Numbered from the stretch's first letter, positions 29,756 to 42,200 are shown. The stretch: 64,000 nucleotides of DNA from Synechococcus sp. (GCA_047285535.1 JBJBDC010000001.1:1696136-1760135); one strand, 5' to 3'. Notes: generated by a model from the sequence alone, not told the origin. Numbers and translations are program-made.

Positions 29756-30027
29756 GATCCAGCTCCGGAATCCGGCCTATCAGTTCCACGCTCAGAAGCC
29801 AAGCTAAAAACGTATCTGTTCCCTACAGAACACCCCTCGTAGGCCCGCCTTCTGGCTCACTGCAGCTGAGCTGCCCTCAGATCTCCCATCAGAAGGGGAT
29901 GGGGCACATCAAGAAAGGGTGAGAAAATGATGAAAGCTTGTTTTAATATGGTAGTTTCTAAATGTAAAGTTTAAGAGGCCAAAGAGGGCCTCTCTTTGGC
30001 ATGCTGAGTACAAGATCTATTTCCGTA

Positions 30028-30447
30028 ATGGCAATTCATCCCAAGAATTTTGCGCTGTTAGGCCTATTGGGAGCTCTTTTTGTTTTGGGCACCTCTAAGG
30101 CAGAAGCGCAGTATGGATTGACAAGTCCAATTGAGCAAACACCACGTATATCTAAGCCAAATGAGCCAAATAGAGGCAGCAAAATCAATGAGATAAAACT
30201 AACCAACAACACCCGTCTTAAGGTATGGTATGACTTCGGATCTAAGGAAGATCAAAGCCTTACTCCTGGGAAATCAATAACATGGAGACTCGGTGGCCCA
30301 AACCAAAGCATGAGAAAAATATTATTTGATCGATTTGTCGATAAGCCAGGCATTCAGCATGTTGAATATACATTGAAGTCAGGCAAGCAATATACTTTCG
30401 ACTTAGTCAGAACCAGGAAAGGGGATGAGATCATGGTGCACGATTAG
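30028..30447 (+). CDS. Hypothetical exported protein
   Basis: Signal peptide FALLGLLGALFVLGTSKAEA followed by a small beta-rich domain. Confidence 0.7.
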   Translation: MAIHPKNFALLGLLGALFVLGTSKAEAQYGLTSPIEQTPRISKPNEPNRGSKINEIKLTNNTRLKVWYDFGSKEDQSLTPGKSITWRLGGPNQSMRKILFDRFVDKPGIQHVEYTLKSGKQYTFDLVRTRKGDEIMVHD

Positions 30448-30690
30448 GCAACATCGAAGGATTTTGCTTCAACGAAAACTGCTCACGCAAATCCTTTGAA
30501 AGGATCGACACTTTTGCCATGCTCAAAGTCGCATTTAATGAAACTTTAAGCAATTTGGAGTTCATCTGAGGCATAGAGCCCCTCTCAACCACACATCCAA
30601 AACCAAATTAATCGTCAACGAATACGCTCTGGCGATGGAGTAGAGAGGGGCTGAGAAATCGGGAGACTCGCTTGAGTTATGACTGGGGGG

Positions 30691-30772
30691 GGGGTTAGCA
30701 ACTCTGTTAGACCTATAGGCGTTGAGACCAGGACTTCCAAAACATCGTCTTTGAGGCATCTCCAGAAGAGCT
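30691..30772 (+). repeat. Diverged direct repeat, copy 2
   Basis: Matches 12741-12824 with a 2-nt indel; its start overlaps a G10 run (30685-30694). Confidence 0.7.
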
Positions 30773-30985
30773 TCTGCGTCGCCGTCTCAAAGACGAGGGA
30801 ATGGAAGCAATCAATTCAACAAGTCTTTTTATAAAGGCCACAGAAAATGGATCGAAACAAAAATTAGTGTCTTGAAAATTTTACGCTATACTCTTCAAGA
30901 AATCAGTTCGAATTCGCTTGGAAATACGAGCAATTGAATACAATGAGATCATAACCATGCTGTGTATTGCGCTGGACTGTTGATC

Positions 30986-31867
30986 ATGCCTGTTCACGCC
31001 TTCCGACATCTGGCATTGACTTCGCACTTGATTCTAGGAGTGACTATAACGGCTTGTTCGGCGCCTAAAAACACCCTTACTCTGGAAGAAAGAATTGAAA
31101 AATACAGCATTGCAATCAAGCAAAACCCACAGGATGCTGATGCATTGTTCAATCGTGGTCAAGCAAAGATTGAGGCAAAAAAATATCAAAAAGCGCTTAA
31201 TGATCTCCAGGCAGCGATTAAGATCGATCCCAAGAATGCCCCCGCGTTCTACAGCAGTGGTTACGCAAAGCGTAAATTAAATGATTTCAAGGGTGCGATA
31301 GCCGATTACTCAAAAGCAATTGAGATGCAGCCTGAGCACATTGGCGCACACTTCAATCGCGGTTACGCCAAGCATGAATTAGGAGACTACCAAGGGGCAA
31401 TTAATGATTACAACAAAGTGATAGATTTTTATCCTCAGCATTACGCCGCCTACACTAGACGAGGAATTGCAAAAGAGAGACTAGACGATTATCAAGGAGC
31501 AATCAATGATTACACCAAAGCAATAGAAATCAACCCAAAACATGGGGAAGCCCAAACTAAGCTAAACAAGGCAAAGGATACATTAAAAAAATCAAAAGCG
31601 AAACCAACGGCTACGCCAAGACCAACGCCTACGCCAAGACCAACGCCTACGCCAAGACCTACGCCTACGCCTACGCCTACGCCTACGCCTACGCCAAGAC
31701 CTACGCCTACGCCAAGTCTCACTCCGACGCCAAGACCTACGCCAAGTCTCCCTCAGACGCCAAGAGGTACGCCAAGTCTCACTCCGACGCCAAGACCTAC
31801 GCCAAGTCTCCCTCAGACGCCAAGAGGTACGCCAAGCCTCACTCCGACGCCAAGACCAACTCCGTAA
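30986..31867 (+). CDS. TPR-repeat putative lipoprotein with Pro/Thr-rich tail
   Basis: ITAC lipobox-like site; TPRs (NRG.AK..L.DY.GAI.DY.KAIEI.P); PT/PR repeats. Confidence 0.88.
   Translation: MPVHAFRHLALTSHLILGVTITACSAPKNTLTLEERIEKYSIAIKQNPQDADALFNRGQAKIEAKKYQKALNDLQAAIKIDPKNAPAFYSSGYAKRKLNDFKGAIADYSKAIEMQPEHIGAHFNRGYAKHELGDYQGAINDYNKVIDFYPQHYAAYTRRGIAKERLDDYQGAINDYTKAIEINPKHGEAQTKLNKAKDTLKKSKAKPTATPRPTPTPRPTPTPRPTPTPTPTPTPTPRPTPTPSLTPTPRPTPSLPQTPRGTPSLTPTPRPTPSLPQTPRGTPSLTPTPRPTP
31604..31864 (+). repeat. Compound in-frame tandem repeat (6-, 18- and 60-nt units)
   Basis: ACGCCT runs, ACGCCAAGACCAACGCCT units, identical 60-nt units at 31711-31770 and 31771-31830 plus a partial copy. Confidence 0.95.
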
Positions 31868-33480
31868 CCAGAATGGAGATAGTAAAAACTACTACTTGCG
31901 CTAGTACTAACCGAGCCAAAGCCGTTGAACAAGCATGCAGATCATTGACTTAATTTTGCACCAAAAGCAGCTGGTCTAATACTTTGGCAAGATAATGAGT
32001 CCATCAAACAAACCTTTTCCCACAAGGGTTGGGGCCACAGAAGCAACCATCAGTCAAAGCAGCAAAAACTGATCCAATTCAAAACGCAAGGCCAAATGAC
32101 AGCGAAACAAAAAGAAGTAAGCCCTTACAACTCACGAAAGAAGAAAGTTTTACGCCCAACAGATTCACAACAGAAAAAGAAGTAGGTTTGAGTTTAACGT
32201 CTGCACCTTTAGACGGAAGTAATTAGCGAAGCAATGCGAGGTCTGCTCTACTAATGGTTGTGCTTTCAAAGGCCATGGCAATAATATTTTTCACTCGCTC
32301 CTCAGACGAATAACAAAGATCATTAATAAAGTCTCCAATGGCTAGACAAAAAGAATCAGCTGTGTGTTCATCGCTAAAGAGATTGTGGAAGCTGATAATC
32401 AGCAATCTCACTTCACCACTGCTAATCCAAGGGTGAAAGCGCCTTAGTTGATTTACACTGTCCATTTGAAAACTACGCAAGTTAACGAAATAAAGCGAAG
32501 GTCTACTTGATGTCTTTAATAGGTTGAGTCAAGGTGTACAAAAACACTTTTAATCCCAAACAATCACCCAGGCTTGCTATTGGATTCAAACTGCGTTAAC
32601 CGTACAATACAGTCTTGATTTAAGAACACTGGGCTACAGTTGAACCTCATGGACACTAAGGGAAGGATCCCTTGACATCGATCAGAAGAGTCAGCAAGCC
32701 CTGCCTAAAAGAGTTGAGCTGCATGGACCATTACATTGTCAGATGGAAATAACGATGTGGGCTTTTCCTACACAATCCAGCAAATAACCGCCTGAGCTGG
32801 ACTACAACAAGCCCAAAACAGAGAGTTACTTGATGACGAGCAGTGGAACCTAATGCATCCAACAGATTAACAAACAAGCCTCAAGACAGGATTAAAGTTT
32901 TCACCGTTCGGCTTTCCATTCACCGATCTAACAATCACGCATTCGACCTCCATTGGCATGGGTTATCGCTGTGTACTGCACCTAAATCTTTAGAGGCGCT
33001 GTCAATCAACAATCAATCAATTAAGGACCACTAGCCAGAGCAGGACATGAATTCATCCAAGAGGACGCAACGAATCTTTCACATCATCCTTTTTAAATGT
33101 TGACGACTACTGCTGTCATCAACATCATTGTCAGTGGTTGATGAGTAGGCATAGCAAGCGCAAGTCCTTCTCACACGTGAGGGAAGTTCGTCAGTTCATC
33201 CCAGTGACCCCAGTGGATCAACCCTTGATCAACGCCTGAAGACTGGAACATCCCATGGAGCTGGGATCACATTCCTCACCTTCAAACACATGGCCTGAGC
33301 AATCGACCATGCATCATCACGCCTCCAGTCATCCTTGACTGCATGCTCGAGGTCTTCTCCGTCTCGGATGATCACGAGGTCACCCGGTCTCAACGCTCAA
33401 GCTAATGAAGGCGTTGATCTTCTCGCTGAGCTCCAAGCCAACGGGAAAGCGCTGCAAGGCAAAATCAGTCAGCAGGATTG

Positions 33481-33513
33481 CAAGAGCAAGAGCAAGAGCA
33501 AGAGCAAGAGCAA
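33481..33513. repeat. (CAAGAG)5 microsatellite
   Basis: Read directly; encodes ALALALALAL in a hydrophobic minus-strand frame. Confidence 0.9.
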
Positions 33514-34222
33514 TGATGAACACGATGACAGGAATCAACACCATTGCAGGACCCTTGCCAGCGCTCAACACTCCATGGGCAACACCAAAGCAAACTCCAG
33601 CTGTGACGGGATAGAGAAGACAGCAGCAAAGGCAGCAGCCTGATCCAGCACAAGGTTCTGGCGATCGACAATCAGCTGTTGATCACCGATCACAGCCATG
33701 GGACAGCAACTGCTGTCTACACCACTTGTGAAACAGGGCTTGCGATTCACGGAACGAACAGCGCAAGGGACTTCACCCTGGAAGTGGATCAGATTTGGCG
33801 ATGCCTTTCTGGGTAGTCATGGCACGGATCCGCCACAGCCTTGAAAGGCAGTGTTTCAAGTTCAAGATTTGGGGTGAAATGAAGACAACCGATGAGAACA
33901 ATATTGAGCTTGAGAAGTTAACGAGCTCAAAGGAAGATATGCAATCAGTGCAATAATTCCGATTATCTTGAAAAATTAAATAGTAAGCCTTAGCGTCGCA
34001 GGTGTCACACGTAACACTCGAGATCCATCAAAACACCAACCAGCACAGGTATCCCCTGCAAAGGGAGAGCAATGGATTGGCCCTAAAGCGCAAGACTTGG
34101 GTTGAATACGCAACGTCCGCTCCGAAGCTCTCACTATCAAATCAAACAATCCATGATTGAAGAGTGCGTTTGCCACCTCAGGGTAATCGCATTGGGGAGG
34201 ACAAGGCATTGTCTTCCCCTCC

Positions 34223-34260
34223 AAAAGGAAAGAGAGGGCTAGCGCCCTCTCTCGTTTTTA
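34223..34260. terminator. Intrinsic terminator downstream of the peroxidase (possibly bidirectional)
   Basis: AGAGAGGGC-TAGC-GCCCTCTCT hairpin (34231-34252) with A-rich and T-rich flanks. Confidence 0.75.
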
Positions 34261-34293
34261 AAAATAGTCCAGCACTTTTAGGAAATCAATCGG

Positions 34294-37200
34294 CTAGATA
34301 ACAACGAAACCCCCTTGGCCTATTTCAGCATCGTCAATTGACGCTGATGTGTTGTGGGCAAACAGATTGTTTGCCCTCCACGGATTAACCGGAGTTTCCT
34401 CCCAGAGGGTGGCAATATTCGCAAAAGCAGCACCAACACGCTCATAGATTGCATTATTAGGTTCTAAAATATATGGATTACCTGGATCAATATTGGCATT
34501 AATACGCACCTCACCTAGACCTGGTACAAAACCATTTAAGTAATCAACGTTGTTAATGGAATCAGGATCAAATGGTTGTTCTTCGGTATAGATACCTGTA
34601 ATAGCATCTGTTAAAGAAAGTTTTGATTTCTCTTGCTCCAGCTCCAGCTCCTCCGGAGTTTTAGCGTTAAATTTCACTGTGGTCTTAAAGACATCTTCCG
34701 AAAATCCAGAGTCAATGTAGTTACCAGAGGTGGACCTTGTGGAATTTCTGGCGATAACATCTTCCAACGGACTCAAAGTGTGATTCCAAACGCCTCCTCC
34801 GAGACCATCCAAACTGTTGAGGTAATAAGCAGAATCACCATCCTGGAATCGATCAAGCTGCTCCCATACAATCGCACTGGCGAGATCGCCCAGGAGATGA
34901 TCACCTGAAGGCGCTTCAGCCAACATGAAATTCCATACATCAACATTCCCTAAACCATTATTCCCTAATGAAGAGGAGTCCTCCTCAATTTTTGCATTTG
35001 CAGCTTCTACACGAGCTTCAACCGTGTCTCCTGCCAAGGAATCATCGTAGATACCCATGAAGCCTGCTAAAAGCTCATTCTTTTCTTTAAGCGTATTACC
35101 ACGCAATCTTGATCCAAAATCGTTCCAATCCTTAAAGGGCCTTAGAGCCTTATTACCAACAAAACCATAATCCAAGCCAGTATCATCATCAGTACCATAC
35201 ACGCCATCTGGGCCAAGGATTCCATGGGTTACATCACTACCATTCTTTAGATTTAATGGTTTATATCCTGCCAACAAATTGCCCTCAGAATCTACTTGGA
35301 GATCACCATTTTCATCAAGACCAGACAACGACTTCAAGAGATCTTGTGCATTAGCTTGGCCCGTTTCTCTTGTCCTAAGGATATTAGCCGATTTCAGGTC
35401 TAATTTATTAGCAAGTAGATTACTCCTTACTACTTCGGAAACTCTTTCATTAACTTCTGCTGCTGTTACTTGCGTCATTCCATTAATAATGCCTGAGAAA
35501 CCAAAGGACTGGGCGTATTGAGGTGCAAGGAAAAGGTCAAAAAGATCACTACCAACGGTTAACAATTCCTGAATCTGAGAGTGACCATACCTATAACCAC
35601 CATTCGAAAATTCTTCAGCAACGGAAGGATCTACCAAAGGATTGTAACCATCCCACCCATGATCTCCAATTTTGGCGATATCTCCAACAAGCGATGGAGC
35701 GAACTGCTCATAGAGAATTTTCTGGTATGTCATCTCCACCATCCTTCTTGCCATATTGGCAACATCGTCAGTCGTAACACTGTCAAGATCTAAATGATAA
35801 TCTTCATTGAATTCTAGCTTTTCCTCTTGATTATTCTGTAATGCATTAATGGTTGAATTAATCCAATCCACCTGGAAAGAATGTTCTCGAGCCCAGAGTG
35901 TATGGAAGGTGGTTAAGCCTGCATTTTCATTGGCGCGCCAGTCACCACCAACCACATGGGACAGCAAAAGACCAGTTCCCCAATCCTCAGCATTGATTTT
36001 TGGTTGCAAGTTTTCTGACAAATCAATGACGTTGCCATCAAAATCTCTGACTGTTAAATGAGGCATTTCCTCTTTCAAAATAGCAAATGCATCGGCGATA
36101 TTATCGTCATTCTGATCTAATCCACGCATTGCACCTGATGTACGATCAGGTGCAAAGACCCGTGGTGAAATATCACCGATGATTGGATATCCTTCCACAT
36201 CATTAAAGTCAATAAAATTCTCATCTTGCGTAAGCTTGAGCCACAATGGATTTGGCCCAAATCGACCAGTAAAGTATTGATCCTTTGATTCTGCAGCGAA
36301 AATCTTTTTGATACGCTCTGGAGCCACACCATTATTCAGCAATGTGTCTGAATATGTAGGCAGGCTTTGTAATCCATCAGTTCCCACAGCAACCGATGAA
36401 AGCATCTTAGACGTTTTAAGAATATCAGCTGGTTTGGTTCGATCAGCGTCAATGAATAACTGATCCCTTATTGGATCACCGTTTTCATCAACACCTGAAG
36501 AGATTTTGTAATTTTTGATCGTAATACTTTTGCCGTTCTTTTGAACATCTCCCCTAACAATATCCCCAATCTCAACACCATTTGCTTTTTCATTGCGATA
36601 GACATTGCCTAACGGATCCCGATAGACAACAAAATCTCCATCTTCTTCATTATACCGAGCTGATTCCTTCAGGTAATAATTTTGCAGGTCAGTCGCGCCA
36701 TACAATTGATTATTCTGAATCAATGCTTCTGTTCGATTGCGATGAACAATTTTGTTCCGGTTCTCAGCATCTTTCGTGAGTAAAAGCTCTCCTTTAGCTG
36801 TAACACTATTATCGGAATTCACGTTAAACTCATAAAATCCAGCCTCCTTACCACCATTATTTTCTTCGTCAAAATAGGCTACTGTTACTAATTCGCCATC
36901 GTCGTTAACAATATAAAGTTCACCCCTGCCTCCAAGAATTCCTGTTTGTACAGGATTTTCAAATCTATTGGGATCCAATTGGCCTTGAAAATTGCGATTA
37001 AGTGGATCAAATGGATCATTTGGATCGACCTCAGTCGCTAAACCTTGACCAGTTGATGTTCGCGCCAAAAATGACATATTATGATCAGTATATTGACCAA
37101 AAGCCATGTGCAAAATGGAATAATCTAAAGCATTATCGTTAGCAGGAGAAGGCACATCTACACCAAGTATATTACTAATCTTTCTGACATTAGTTAATTC

Positions 37201-38259
37201 ACCAGTTTTTGAGTCAGTTAGAGCATTAAAGGGATCTATGAAAGTAGACACATTATTGACACCATACAAATCTCCTTGATAGCCTTTCGGTCGTCCAACT
37301 TGTTCAACAAGATCACCATCAATTTCAACTTTCCCCCATTCTGCGTCCGAGAGACGAATGAGAGAACTGTCCGATTTACCCCAATTTTCAGAGGCAATAC
37401 CCTGATAATTGGGATCTTCAACATTAAGACCTTTTCCTGTTAAACGACCCCCTTTAAATGTTCTAGATCCAGATCCATCAAAGACAAATTTTCCATCAGG
37501 TGAAGTAACAGGATCTTTAATTGGAGTATCGGGATCTGTATAATCCCCGTATTCGACATAGAAGGGTTTGTCTTGTACGATTTCAATTAATCTTGCAAAC
37601 AATTTCTCCATCCTCGAAGAAATTTTTCCGTCTTCTGGGAAAAATTCACCTAAATCATTGCTATAAATACTGGTACCGAATACCTTTACAGCTGCTTGAC
37701 CTACAAGTGCTGGATCTGTAGTTACTTGATCTTCAGTTTCTGCAGTTGCTTCAGGTTTTTGATATGCTGCAGGTACTATATATGCTTCAAGTGTTTGATC
37801 TCCTGCAGATACTTCATCTGCTTTAAATGTTTGACCGTCTTTAGGTGTTTCAGATGATTCATCTGCATCCTGAGTCTCAATGAATTTTTCATTATTTTTA
37901 AGAAACTTCCGAAGCGCTTTTCGATCTTTTTTATCACTCAAATCAATGTCGGAATTTTCTTCCAAATACGAAAGACCATAAGAATATTGATCTTCAAAAC
38001 CCCACTGAACTAAATACTTGTTGAGTTGTGAATTCTCAAAACTTTCTTTCCCTTTTGTAGACGAAGTTTCTTCCTTGGCGTAGTCCTCAAAGTCGATCGA
38101 CTCGTTTTTAATAACACCTTTTAACCACCTTTTATTTTGCTTGGTCGTTAAATCGAAAGTCCCTAGCTGACTAAGATAAAGACCTACATACTCAAAGTTG
38201 CCCTCAAAACCCCATTTTCCGAGCAGCTTATTCAACAGAATGGTGTTTGAAAATGCCAT
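34294..38259 (-). CDS. Animal heme peroxidase (peroxidase-cyclooxygenase) family protein
   Basis: FGQYTDHN (distal His), GDWRANENAGL...WAREH, YRYGHSQI (proximal His), EQLDRFQDGDSAYY. Confidence 0.9.
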   Translation of the reverse strand: MAFSNTILLNKLLGKWGFEGNFEYVGLYLSQLGTFDLTTKQNKRWLKGVIKNESIDFEDYAKEETSSTKGKESFENSQLNKYLVQWGFEDQYSYGLSYLEENSDIDLSDKKDRKALRKFLKNNEKFIETQDADESSETPKDGQTFKADEVSAGDQTLEAYIVPAAYQKPEATAETEDQVTTDPALVGQAAVKVFGTSIYSNDLGEFFPEDGKISSRMEKLFARLIEIVQDKPFYVEYGDYTDPDTPIKDPVTSPDGKFVFDGSGSRTFKGGRLTGKGLNVEDPNYQGIASENWGKSDSSLIRLSDAEWGKVEIDGDLVEQVGRPKGYQGDLYGVNNVSTFIDPFNALTDSKTGELTNVRKISNILGVDVPSPANDNALDYSILHMAFGQYTDHNMSFLARTSTGQGLATEVDPNDPFDPLNRNFQGQLDPNRFENPVQTGILGGRGELYIVNDDGELVTVAYFDEENNGGKEAGFYEFNVNSDNSVTAKGELLLTKDAENRNKIVHRNRTEALIQNNQLYGATDLQNYYLKESARYNEEDGDFVVYRDPLGNVYRNEKANGVEIGDIVRGDVQKNGKSITIKNYKISSGVDENGDPIRDQLFIDADRTKPADILKTSKMLSSVAVGTDGLQSLPTYSDTLLNNGVAPERIKKIFAAESKDQYFTGRFGPNPLWLKLTQDENFIDFNDVEGYPIIGDISPRVFAPDRTSGAMRGLDQNDDNIADAFAILKEEMPHLTVRDFDGNVIDLSENLQPKINAEDWGTGLLLSHVVGGDWRANENAGLTTFHTLWAREHSFQVDWINSTINALQNNQEEKLEFNEDYHLDLDSVTTDDVANMARRMVEMTYQKILYEQFAPSLVGDIAKIGDHGWDGYNPLVDPSVAEEFSNGGYRYGHSQIQELLTVGSDLFDLFLAPQYAQSFGFSGIINGMTQVTAAEVNERVSEVVRSNLLANKLDLKSANILRTRETGQANAQDLLKSLSGLDENGDLQVDSEGNLLAGYKPLNLKNGSDVTHGILGPDGVYGTDDDTGLDYGFVGNKALRPFKDWNDFGSRLRGNTLKEKNELLAGFMGIYDDSLAGDTVEARVEAANAKIEEDSSSLGNNGLGNVDVWNFMLAEAPSGDHLLGDLASAIVWEQLDRFQDGDSAYYLNSLDGLGGGVWNHTLSPLEDVIARNSTRSTSGNYIDSGFSEDVFKTTVKFNAKTPEELELEQEKSKLSLTDAITGIYTEEQPFDPDSINNVDYLNGFVPGLGEVRINANIDPGNPYILEPNNAIYERVGAAFANIATLWEETPVNPWRANNLFAHNTSASIDDAEIGQGGFVVI

Positions 38260-38742
38260 GACGATTTTAAAGGAGAATGAAAACGAGAGAATGAAAATCA
38301 GGTGATATTAAAGACAAAAAGGACGCAAACGCAAACAGAGAAATTGCAACCAATCTTGTCGATATAAAAAACTGAATGCAATTAAAAAAATGCATCAGAA
38401 AATCATGCCAAAAGGAAAGAGCATTAAAATCTGAATCCCAATGAAGACTGGGATACACCAATTAAAGCAATTACAAATCGAACATTGCGATGAACGCAAT
38501 CCTCAGAGCTCAATTTATAATTAAACAAATTTGATTTAGTCACAAGCACGTAAACATGCCGTGAGCTCATACATCTTTGTCCTAAAAAATTGCAACCAGC
38601 AATTACTCAGACAGCAAGCAATGATACAAGCCGTACTCAGAAGCTAATCAATAAAATCCTAACAAAAGTTTTAGCCTTCTTGGATAGAAGACACTGAAAA
38701 CATTCAGAATTAAATTGAATAGCGACACACAGCTCAAACGAA

Positions 38743-39039
38743 TGTGCAGGATATGCACAAGCCTCAGACGTTTAACCTGCAGGAGCAAATCAATGGCAAA
38801 ATTTTTTAAGCAAGAGTCAACCTCAGCATGACTCTAAAAGGATGTTCCAATGTTCAATAGGTCAAATCAAAAACAACGCCTTATTTGTTGACCTGGAAAA
38901 GTCAACAGAGTTGCCATCAGTCGGCAAATTCTATCCCTCAAATCCTCAGGAAGGATAACCACTTGCATTAAAAAACAAGTGCTTGGCGTGCCATAAAATG
39001 AACAATTGTGCATCCTATGCACAAGCCTCAGAAGTTCAA
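38743..39039. promoter_or_regulatory. Two copies of a 33-bp palindromic operator-like element
   Basis: TGTGCA-N5-TGCACA-AGCCTCAGA at 38743-38775 and 39007-39039, 28/33 identical. Confidence 0.6.
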
Positions 39040-39771
39040 TTCATGCAAAAAATGATTCAACGGCTATTTGGGCATAGGCAGTGAAGTAATTAATGTGTTT
39101 CTAACGTAGCCATGGAGGGTGACCATCGCGGGCAAGACCCCCAGTTATTACCAAATATTTACAATCTCGTAATCTTTGGCCATTGACATGCTTGTCAATG
39201 GTGAAACCGTTCAGAACGCTGAATCGTCACTCTCAATCCATGCACCGATCAGCTCTGCGCTTGTGCTCACAACCAGATCATCAAAGGGTCCAGGTGCATG
39301 GTTTCAGACATGCTCTTCATTCCCTCATCGCAACGGTCCTTGCTAAGCCGCCTTTTTTGCGGAGCTTCCCTCAAGATTCGTCTCCTGATCAAGGTCTTGA
39401 AGAAAGGATGCCTCTCAAAAGCCATGCCTCACGTGACCCTCCACCCCCTTCGGTCCTTCAGAGATTGGAACTTGTTCAGTGGCTGACTCGGCAACAAGCA
39501 GCACAAGTGTTCAGGTGTTGTGATCTTTTGCTCATACCAACAAAGAAGTCTGACTGACACACCCTTCAGCCCTCCTTGCTAGGGCCTCCACGGTTGACAC
39601 CGATCAGATCGAGAAGGGTGCGGGGCCAAGGCTCTCGGCAGAGATGAACTCACTGTTCGCGCGCGAGCAGATCCCTTGCGGAACTGGAAATTGACACGCA
39701 GCCACCTTGGCTAAAAAAACGCATCTCAACAAGCACTGCCTGCACTGCCATTCTCAGGTCAGAATGATGGA

Positions 39772-40182
39772 ATGACTTCTTTGCTGCCCTTTCGGCTATC
39801 GCCACTCCTGCTGGGCTTAGCGATGGCGGCTCCATGCGCTGTTCGCGCGCAATTGAAATACGTGCCTTTCCCTAGCAAAAGTGAATTGAGGTCCCTGCAG
39901 CTGCTCGCCTACGCCTGCTCTAGAGAAAACACTGCTGACAGCTGTGAACGCACGCGTGAGATTGCCAATCCGCTCATGGATCACCCCAGGCTGCCAGCGT
40001 CCTGCAAAGATACGGTCTGGGAGCTGCTTCAAGAGGCCAAAGCGGCCACAACCAATAGCTTTCAACGACGAGACGATATTGATCGCCCAGCCCGCAGGCT
40101 CACCGTCGTGTGCGCCGAACCTGAGCAACCAAAAGAGCAAAACAAACCCCCTTCCGGGCCTCCAACTCCTAGTCAAACGTAA
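39772..40182 (+). CDS. Conserved hypothetical exported protein
   Basis: Signal-peptide-like N-terminus, ACSREN...PLMDHPRLPASCKD. Confidence 0.75.
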   Translation: MTSLLPFRLSPLLLGLAMAAPCAVRAQLKYVPFPSKSELRSLQLLAYACSRENTADSCERTREIANPLMDHPRLPASCKDTVWELLQEAKAATTNSFQRRDDIDRPARRLTVVCAEPEQPKEQNKPPSGPPTPSQT

Positions 40183-40408
40183 ATTGCTTTCCAGGCATCA
40201 GCCGACTGAGCTCCTGCCTGATTTCCTGCATGAGCTGCGTGCTGATCAGTGGATGCGTCCGAAGCTCATTCACAAGCTCGTGCACATTGGCAGCCGTGAG
40301 CCCTTGGCTTGAAACCATGGTCTCCAATCGCTTCTTAAATGCCAGGAGAACCAGCTTTTGCTCTTCGCTCAAAGGTTGATCACTGGGGTGCCCGATCTTC
40401 ATGACCAT
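40169..40408 (-). CDS. Small hypothetical protein
   Basis: ORF from ATG 40408 (or 40402); helical, convergent with the neighbouring gene. Confidence 0.55.
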   Translation of the reverse strand: MVMKIGHPSDQPLSEEQKLVLLAFKKRLETMVSSQGLTAANVHELVNELRTHPLISTQLMQEIRQELSRLMPGKQFTFD

Positions 40409-40512
40409 GGCGGGAGACCTTGCGACGAGATGGGTGAATTTAAGGTAGCTCTGACATTTAGTGTGCCCTAGGGCCATCAAGGCCCCTGATCAGGTTTAGG
40501 TTTTGAGATTGA

Positions 40513-42183
<1,671 letters not shown>

Positions 42184-42200
42184 TGGAACACATGCGTGGG

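Larger units (their letters stand above)
12709..39600. mobile_element. AT-rich genomic island (boundaries approximate)
   Basis: Abrupt composition shift after the PLD stop, lower coding density, integrase remnants, non-core genes; core-like genes resume at ~39770. Confidence 0.8.

Noticed and set aside
30685..30694. G10 homopolymer as a phase-variation switch
   Set aside because: About 290 nt from the nearest supported start codon and not in a supported CDS
31604..31864. Periodic repeats as a possible CRISPR array
   Set aside because: No unique spacers, the units are in-frame coding Pro/Thr repeats, and no cas genes are present
31868..34224. Short ORFs (32029, 32223, 32843, 33335, 33976)
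   Set aside because: Short, without motifs, and in apparently decayed sequence
39183..39557. 124-aa ORF near the right island edge
   Set aside because: No motif and a competing overlapping frame; may be real but is unsupported
39625..39711. tRNA-sized structure at the right island edge (GCCAAGG...CCTTGGC 7-bp stem with internal hairpins)
   Set aside because: No correctly placed T-loop (GTTCRA) or anticodon arm on either strand; cannot be called a tRNA or known ncRNA without an Infernal/tRNAscan run
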